From NCBI GenBank assembly GCA_016215315.1, contig JACRKG010000045.1:19204-83203 (forward strand): a DNA stretch of 64,000 nucleotides, given 5' to 3'. The notes under the pieces were generated by a model that did not search any database, had not been told where the DNA came from, and worked only from the letters and a program-made list of their open reading frames with translations. Source of the DNA: Candidatus Woesearchaeota archaeon. Lineage in GTDB: Archaea > Nanobdellota > Nanobdellia > Woesearchaeales > ARS49. This document shows, piece after piece, positions 58,925-64,000 of this stretch (position 1 is its first letter; each line of letters begins with the position of its first letter). Made by a program: the position numbers and the translations under genes.

Positions 58925-59293
58925 TTGACTGTTTTAATGAAAGATATTGCACCCAACATAACTAGACAAAGATTAGTAGTTGAAGGATTCTTTGAAGTTG
59001 ATGTTGATGAGACTAAAATCTTAGAGTTTTATGACAAAATACTCAAAGAACTCGAATTAAGAGCTTATGGAAAACCAGTCATTCATTCAACCGGTTCCCA
59101 AGGTAAAAAGATAAATCAAGGATTTGATTGCTTTATTCCTTTGATTGATTCTGGAATTGCTTTGTATGTTTGGGGCAATGCTAAATTCTTCTCAACAGTA
59201 ATTTACACTTGCAAAGAATTCGATGTCAAAAAAGCAGTCAAATTCTGCAAAGGCTTCTTTAAATCCAAAAAAATGACACATCAATCTTTCTGA
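58925..59293 (+). CDS. AdoMetDC (SpeH)-like small protein, possibly non-catalytic
   Basis: Pattern resembling ...ESHISIHTWPE...FTCG but no processing Ser. Confidence 0.3.
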   Translation: MTVLMKDIAPNITRQRLVVEGFFEVDVDETKILEFYDKILKELELRAYGKPVIHSTGSQGKKINQGFDCFIPLIDSGIALYVWGNAKFFSTVIYTCKEFDVKKAVKFCKGFFKSKKMTHQSF

Positions 59294-59360
59294 AGGAAGC
59301 TAAAACTCACGAGATTTTTTCTAAGAAAAGTTTAAAAGTAAGTGATTTATTATTTAATGT

Positions 59361-60164
59361 ATGATGTTACCTGAAAAAGTTGTTGATTTATTTGGGATAA
59401 AAGGCAGAGTAAGACGATTTAACGGAGGGAGAGGTACAACGTATCTTGTTGGTAAAACTGTATTAAAACCGGTTGATAACGAAGAAGAATCTAGATGGAT
59501 TGCAGAAACTTTTAGAGAAATAAAAATCAGTCGAATTCGCTTGCCGGAATATAAAAAATCAGAGAATAATAAATGGATTGAACAGGGATGGATTGCTTAT
59601 CAATTTATTAGTGGTAAACATTACAAAAAGAGGTGGAATGATAAAATAGCTGTTTGCGAAAAATTTCATAATAGTTTAGAGGAAGTTCCTTGCCCGAGAT
59701 TTATGAAAACTCGAAAAGATCCTTGGTCAAGAGCAGATAGAATTGTGTGGGGTGAAGAACTTCTTAAATGTCATAAAAAGATTGAACCATATGCTATAAA
59801 AATAATACAACATATAAAACCAATTTCTCTAAAGAATCAGATAATTCACGGAGATATAGGAGGTAATATACTTTTTTCTAAAGGTCAATCTCCTGCAATT
59901 ATTGATTTCTCCCCATATTATAGACCAAGAGATTTTGCATTGGCAATCCTCGCTGTTGACGCATTAGTTTGGGGCGGAGCATCAGCTAAAATACTCCATC
60001 TTTTCAAGGACAAAAAGGAATTTAACCAACTTCTTCTAAGAGCAGAATTGCGAAGAATATTAGAAATAGGCTTTTGTATTGAACACTTTGAAAAAGGAAA
60101 CATTGCTGACATAAATCAACACAAAAACACAATAGAGTTACTATGCAATCTTTCTAATATTTGA
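59361..60164 (+). CDS. Aminoglycoside phosphotransferase/kinase-like protein
   Basis: IIHGDIGGNILF....AIIDFS (HGD catalytic loop plus DFS). Confidence 0.55.
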   Translation: MMLPEKVVDLFGIKGRVRRFNGGRGTTYLVGKTVLKPVDNEEESRWIAETFREIKISRIRLPEYKKSENNKWIEQGWIAYQFISGKHYKKRWNDKIAVCEKFHNSLEEVPCPRFMKTRKDPWSRADRIVWGEELLKCHKKIEPYAIKIIQHIKPISLKNQIIHGDIGGNILFSKGQSPAIIDFSPYYRPRDFALAILAVDALVWGGASAKILHLFKDKKEFNQLLLRAELRRILEIGFCIEHFEKGNIADINQHKNTIELLCNLSNI

Positions 60165-60289
60165 CCGATATTCTGCAAATAAATTTGGATCTTTAAAACT
60201 CACTTTTTCTTAAGTAAAGTGTGTGTTTTATTAACAATCGTTGACTTATTTTAGAAAGTTTTATCAATCAGATATTATTAAATTCTAAT

Positions 60290-61477
60290 ATGTCTGATTA
60301 CAAAAAGAGGTTAGAAAGTAATATTTGGAAGTTTTATCTTTTTGATATATTTGCCGCCATGCTCTTTTCTATTCCAATCATGGTTTTGTTTTGGCAAGAA
60401 AATGGTTTAAGTTTAACTCAAGTAATGTTCTTGCAGTCTTTATTCTCAATAGCGATGGTCATTTTAGAGATTCCTACAGGTTATCTTGCTGATTTATTTG
60501 GGAGGAAAAAGATTCTCTTTTTATCAGGAATGAACTTTTTGATTGGGGTATCGGTTTACAGTATAGGGTTTAATTTCATTTCTTTTTTAATGGCCGAGTT
60601 ATTTTTTGCTTTGGCAGTATCTTTTTACTCAGGTACTGGTTCAGCATTTATCTACGAGACGCTAATAGATTTAAAGCAAAAGAATAATTACAGCAAGATA
60701 TGGGGAAATGCTAAATTCTATGGTTTACTCGCAATTGCATTTGCGAATGTTGTTGGAGGTCTTGTAGGAGAATTAAACCTTAGATGGACTCTTTACTTAT
60801 CTATTCCATTTATGGCGTTACTAATACCAATCACACTATCATTACACGAACCCAAAAAAAATAAATTTATTGCGGAGCGAGGGCATCTTCATAACTTATC
60901 AAAAATACTTAAATTTTCATTAATTAAAAATATAAAACTAAGATGGATAATTATTTTTTCAGCAGTCATCTACTCATTGAATTCTGCAGGTTTGTGGCTA
61001 TATCAACCATATTTCAAATTAACGGGAATTGATATTGCTTACTTTGGTGTAATATTCGCATCATTTCAAATAGTTGCAGCAATATCATCAAAATATGCAC
61101 ACAGAATAGAAAACAAATTAGGCTCAAAACTTTCACTAATTCTCTTAATACCCATAATTTTTGTGGGTTATCTTCTTATGAGTAAAATACTCTTTTTGTT
61201 TAGCTTTATTTTTATCTTTCTATTTCAATTTGTTAGAGGTTTTTCAGAACCAATATTCTCAGATTACGTGAATAAACTAGCAAAACCAGATTTGAGAGCC
61301 ACTGTCTTATCAGTAAGTAGCTTAGTCCAAAAACTTTTATATTCAATATTAATGCCTTTTGTTGGCTGGATAGCAGATGTTTACAGTTTGTTACAAGCAT
61401 TAACAATATCAGGAATAGTCACTTTAATCAGCGGCATAATAATTTTGTTAATTTTGCGAAAGAATAAACTTATTTAA
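60290..61477 (+). CDS. MFS transporter
   Basis: 12 TM; motif A GYLADLFGRKK. Confidence 0.75.
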   Translation: MSDYKKRLESNIWKFYLFDIFAAMLFSIPIMVLFWQENGLSLTQVMFLQSLFSIAMVILEIPTGYLADLFGRKKILFLSGMNFLIGVSVYSIGFNFISFLMAELFFALAVSFYSGTGSAFIYETLIDLKQKNNYSKIWGNAKFYGLLAIAFANVVGGLVGELNLRWTLYLSIPFMALLIPITLSLHEPKKNKFIAERGHLHNLSKILKFSLIKNIKLRWIIIFSAVIYSLNSAGLWLYQPYFKLTGIDIAYFGVIFASFQIVAAISSKYAHRIENKLGSKLSLILLIPIIFVGYLLMSKILFLFSFIFIFLFQFVRGFSEPIFSDYVNKLAKPDLRATVLSVSSLVQKLLYSILMPFVGWIADVYSLLQALTISGIVTLISGIIILLILRKNKLI

Positions 61478-61564
61478 ACAATATTCCCTCAAATATAGGA
61501 TATTTCAAAAGTTTGCGTAAATTGCTAATTTGCTTAAAGAATTTGAAAATCTCATAGGCAGTGT

Positions 61565-61837
61565 TTATTTCGTTTGTGTGATACTCTCAAGCAGTTTTCG
61601 TATCTCCTCTTTTGTTGTCTTTCTATAATTCTCTAATATCTCTTCTATTTCTTTTGCTTTTCTCATAATTACTTCTTCAGTAAAGTACCGTCCTAACTTC
61701 TTTCTGAATGTTTTTTGTGCACCTTTTTCTTTAAAGATATGAATCAAATAATATCTTCCATCTGGTTTCTTCTCTATGTACATAGGTTTATCAGGAAGTT
61801 TGTATCGCTTTATCATTTTTCTTTCTTTTTCAACCAT
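61565..61837 (-). CDS. Hypothetical small basic protein
   Basis: ORF. Confidence 0.4.
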   Translation of the reverse strand: MVEKERKMIKRYKLPDKPMYIEKKPDGRYYLIHIFKEKGAQKTFRKKLGRYFTEEVIMRKAKEIEEILENYRKTTKEEIRKLLESITQTK

Positions 61838-61859
61838 TTCCTTGAGAGTTTCTAAAAGT

Positions 61860-62498
61860 TTATTTGCCGACTAATTTATTCCTGAACTCTCTTAAATCTC
61901 TAAAATCTGCAGGTTTGTCTCCTTTTCTGCATAAGAGAAATGCTTGAATTCCTATACTTTTTGGTACTTTTACGTCGTATTCTTCATCATCTCCTATATG
62001 TATCATTTCTTCTGGTTTTATTTTAAAGTCTGAAAGAACTTTGTTAAAAACTTCTGCATCTTTTTTTTTCTTATTGAAGTCTGAAGCTGCGGAGTATATT
62101 TTCTTGAATAATTTGCCTAAATTGCCGCATTTTATTTTTGCTTCAATAAATTTTTTTTCTGCGTTTGAAACTATTACTAAAGTGAATCTTTTAGATAATT
62201 CTGTGAGAACAGCATCAACGTCTTCGAAATGCTTAATTTCTTTGTGTACTGCATTTACTAGGTCTTCCCAAGTGGTTTTAAGTCCAAAATGAGTTAGCCA
62301 AAAGCTTGCATCCCTCCAATTTCCCTGTGCTTTCCCCCATAAATTTTTGTATTCTGTGGTTACTGCTTTGTATGCTTCTTCAAAGCTTAAATTCTTTTCT
62401 TTAGCGAATGCTTTTGGTATTTCTGTTCTCCATATTAATTCGTCAAATTGTGAATCACTTAACGTGTCGTCTAAATCAAAGCTTATTACTTTTATCAT
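61860..62498 (-). CDS. HAD-superfamily hydrolase
   Basis: ISFDLDDTL motif I. Confidence 0.65.
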   Translation of the reverse strand: MIKVISFDLDDTLSDSQFDELIWRTEIPKAFAKEKNLSFEEAYKAVTTEYKNLWGKAQGNWRDASFWLTHFGLKTTWEDLVNAVHKEIKHFEDVDAVLTELSKRFTLVIVSNAEKKFIEAKIKCGNLGKLFKKIYSAASDFNKKKKDAEVFNKVLSDFKIKPEEMIHIGDDEEYDVKVPKSIGIQAFLLCRKGDKPADFRDLREFRNKLVGK

Positions 62499-63562
62499 AT
62501 GAATTCCTTCTCCATTTCTTTTAGTTTTTCTTCAAATCTGTATAAGTCTCTTACTACAAAATGTTCTTTGCTGTGGCCTATTCGGTCTATTAGGAATGCA
62601 TTGATTCCTATGCTTGTTGGTATTTTGTAATCTATTGTAAGATCGTTTCCTACGTGAACCATTTCTTCTGGCTGAATTTTTAGCATTTCGCAGATTTCAC
62701 GATAAATATCTGCGTCTTTGGTCATTTTGTTAAAGTTGCTCCCTGTTGAAAATATTCTTGTAAAGTATTTGTCAAAACCAGCTAGCTTTATTTTTGTTTT
62801 CATTATGTTTTCCTCAGCGTGACTGATTATGACTAAATGATATTCTTTTGAAAGTTTCTTCAATATTGGTTCTACATCTAAGTAGGCGAATATTTCGCCT
62901 TTTATTCCTTTAATTATGTTTTTGAAGTTTTTATTCAGGCTGAAGTGTTTTAGCCAAAATTCTGGATTTCTCCATCCCGTAACTTTGCCCCATAAGCGCG
63001 AATATTCTGAAGTAACTTCTTCAAATGCTTTTTCTCGAGAAAGTCCATATTGTTCTGCATAAGCTTTAGGAATCTCTCTCCTCCATAACAATTCATCAAA
63101 CTGATTATTGAATAAAGCACCTCCTAAGTCAAAAGAAATAACTTTGATGAGCTTTTGATTCGCACTAAAATTCTTTTTATTGAGTTGAGTTACTAGCAAT
63201 CGGTTTCTTTTTCTTAATCTTTCTCTGACAGAAGTGCTGAATTCCTCAATTTTATCAAGCCACACTTGATTTATGGAATATTCCAATCCGTTTTTCTTCA
63301 AAATTTGTTCTCTTAGCATCAATAGCAATTTTTTATGAATCGCTTGATAAGTTATTGATATACCATCTCTTCCTAGTTTAAAATATATTTGCTTAGCAGT
63401 TAATGGCTGGCAAGCGAGAAGAATATCTACAATTATTTTTGTAAGATTTCTGATTTCTCCAAAAGATTCTGTAAGTTGTAAACCCCCCATAAAACTACAA
63501 TATCTAGTTTGCAGTATATAAACCTGCTGGTGAAAATCAACTAAAAAGTTGATTTTTATCAA
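62495..63562 (-). CDS. HAD-like paralog with N-terminal winged-helix-like domain and degenerate motif I (DLGGAL)
   Basis: C-terminal half alignable with previous gene; nucleophile Asp replaced. Confidence 0.55.
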   Translation of the reverse strand: MIKINFLVDFHQQVYILQTRYCSFMGGLQLTESFGEIRNLTKIIVDILLACQPLTAKQIYFKLGRDGISITYQAIHKKLLLMLREQILKKNGLEYSINQVWLDKIEEFSTSVRERLRKRNRLLVTQLNKKNFSANQKLIKVISFDLGGALFNNQFDELLWRREIPKAYAEQYGLSREKAFEEVTSEYSRLWGKVTGWRNPEFWLKHFSLNKNFKNIIKGIKGEIFAYLDVEPILKKLSKEYHLVIISHAEENIMKTKIKLAGFDKYFTRIFSTGSNFNKMTKDADIYREICEMLKIQPEEMVHVGNDLTIDYKIPTSIGINAFLIDRIGHSKEHFVVRDLYRFEEKLKEMEKEFI

Positions 63563-63626
63563 CCAAACATTAATAACAACTTAAAGAAACAAAAATAAAC
63601 AATATCGAGGTGATGGAGCAAAATAA

Positions 63627-63878
63627 GTGTCAGAACTTTCATTTCAAGGCATATCATGGAATGCTAGAATTAGAAAAAGCAAAGGATCTTGCTACATCTG
63701 TATTCCTAAACCTTTAGTAAAAGGCAATTTCTTAGATAAAGGAGATTCTTTACAACAATTCGTTGCAAAACTAAACGATAAAGTAGCTTTAATCACGATA
63801 CTCGATAAAGAGGAATTGGAAGAAATAAAAACAGTAAAAGTCGAAAGAAACACATCTATAATACAATCTATGGCTTAA
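63627..63878 (+). CDS. Hypothetical small protein
   Basis: GAGGTG SD. Confidence 0.4.
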   Translation: MSELSFQGISWNARIRKSKGSCYICIPKPLVKGNFLDKGDSLQQFVAKLNDKVALITILDKEELEEIKTVKVERNTSIIQSMA

Positions 63879-64000
63879 TTCTAATAACTTAATTAAACTG
63901 CTTCTTCTCAAGCTCAGTATTCTTCCGTACGGAACAGCGTACTGCATAGCGTACGGGTTAGCTTTAACTGTTTCTCTAATTCTACAGGTACTCTATGATT

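Noticed and set aside
63925-63965. GC-rich palindromic patch ttccgtacggaa ... gcgtacgg at the window edge
   Set aside because: Too short and truncated by the window end to interpret; could be the start of a structured RNA but cannot be supported.
1-64000. CRISPR arrays / rRNA genes
   Set aside because: No regularly spaced identical direct repeats with unique spacers and no rRNA-like conserved tracts were seen; the repeats present are irregular and imperfect.

Overview
AT-rich archaeal window, judged archaeal from the RpoH / split RpoB / split RpoA / L30e / KH-only NusA gene set and BHB-type tRNA introns. The small, compact genes and low GC are reminiscent of DPANN-type genomes (inference).

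Core content: the conserved archaeal transcription/translation operon rpoH-rpoB''-rpoB'-rpoA'-rpoA''-rpl30e-nusA-rps12-rps7 (4.6-13.8 kb). It is preceded by two adjacent intron-containing tRNAs and a minus-strand cluster: unknown 323-aa protein, MazF-like toxin, antitoxin, NurA-like nuclease.

The rest is accessory-like:
- A divergent cluster of large coiled-coil / membrane / TelA-sized helical proteins (15.4-20.7 kb).
- A DUF4258-toxin / zinc-ribbon-SpoVT antitoxin pair.
- A Cas4-like PD-(D/E)xK nuclease, a CorC/CNNM transporter, a Cys-rich micropeptide gene and a secreted HExxH protein.
- Taw1 (radical-SAM wyosine enzyme), tandem lipoprotein paralogs and a lone DAHP synthase.
- A DNA-alkylation-damage repair neighbourhood: DinD-like, Mpg glycosylase, ASCH, AlkD-like.
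- An approximately 12-kb island next to tRNA-Gln (about 45.2-57.3 kb), likely an integrated conjugative/plasmid-like element. It carries a tyrosine integrase, VirB2/TrbC-like and VirB6-like membrane proteins, an orphan C5-cytosine methyltransferase, a VirB3/VirB4-like ATPase, iteron-like repeats and a serine recombinase.
- Downstream: a tandem-Lrp regulator, an APH-like kinase, an MFS transporter and tandem HAD paralogs.

Several non-coding repeat families are visible directly in the sequence:
- A roughly 120-250-nt element in at least three copies, with a GTGCAC box and a CTGCGCAG palindrome. One copy is split by a gene cassette flanked by 37-bp direct repeats.
- Dispersed GTTTACAG-like octamer arrays that form inverted-repeat hairpins at gene ends.
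- A conserved promoter/leader shared by two minus-strand genes.

No CRISPR array or rRNA was found. All functional calls are from motif recognition by eye and need homology searches to confirm.
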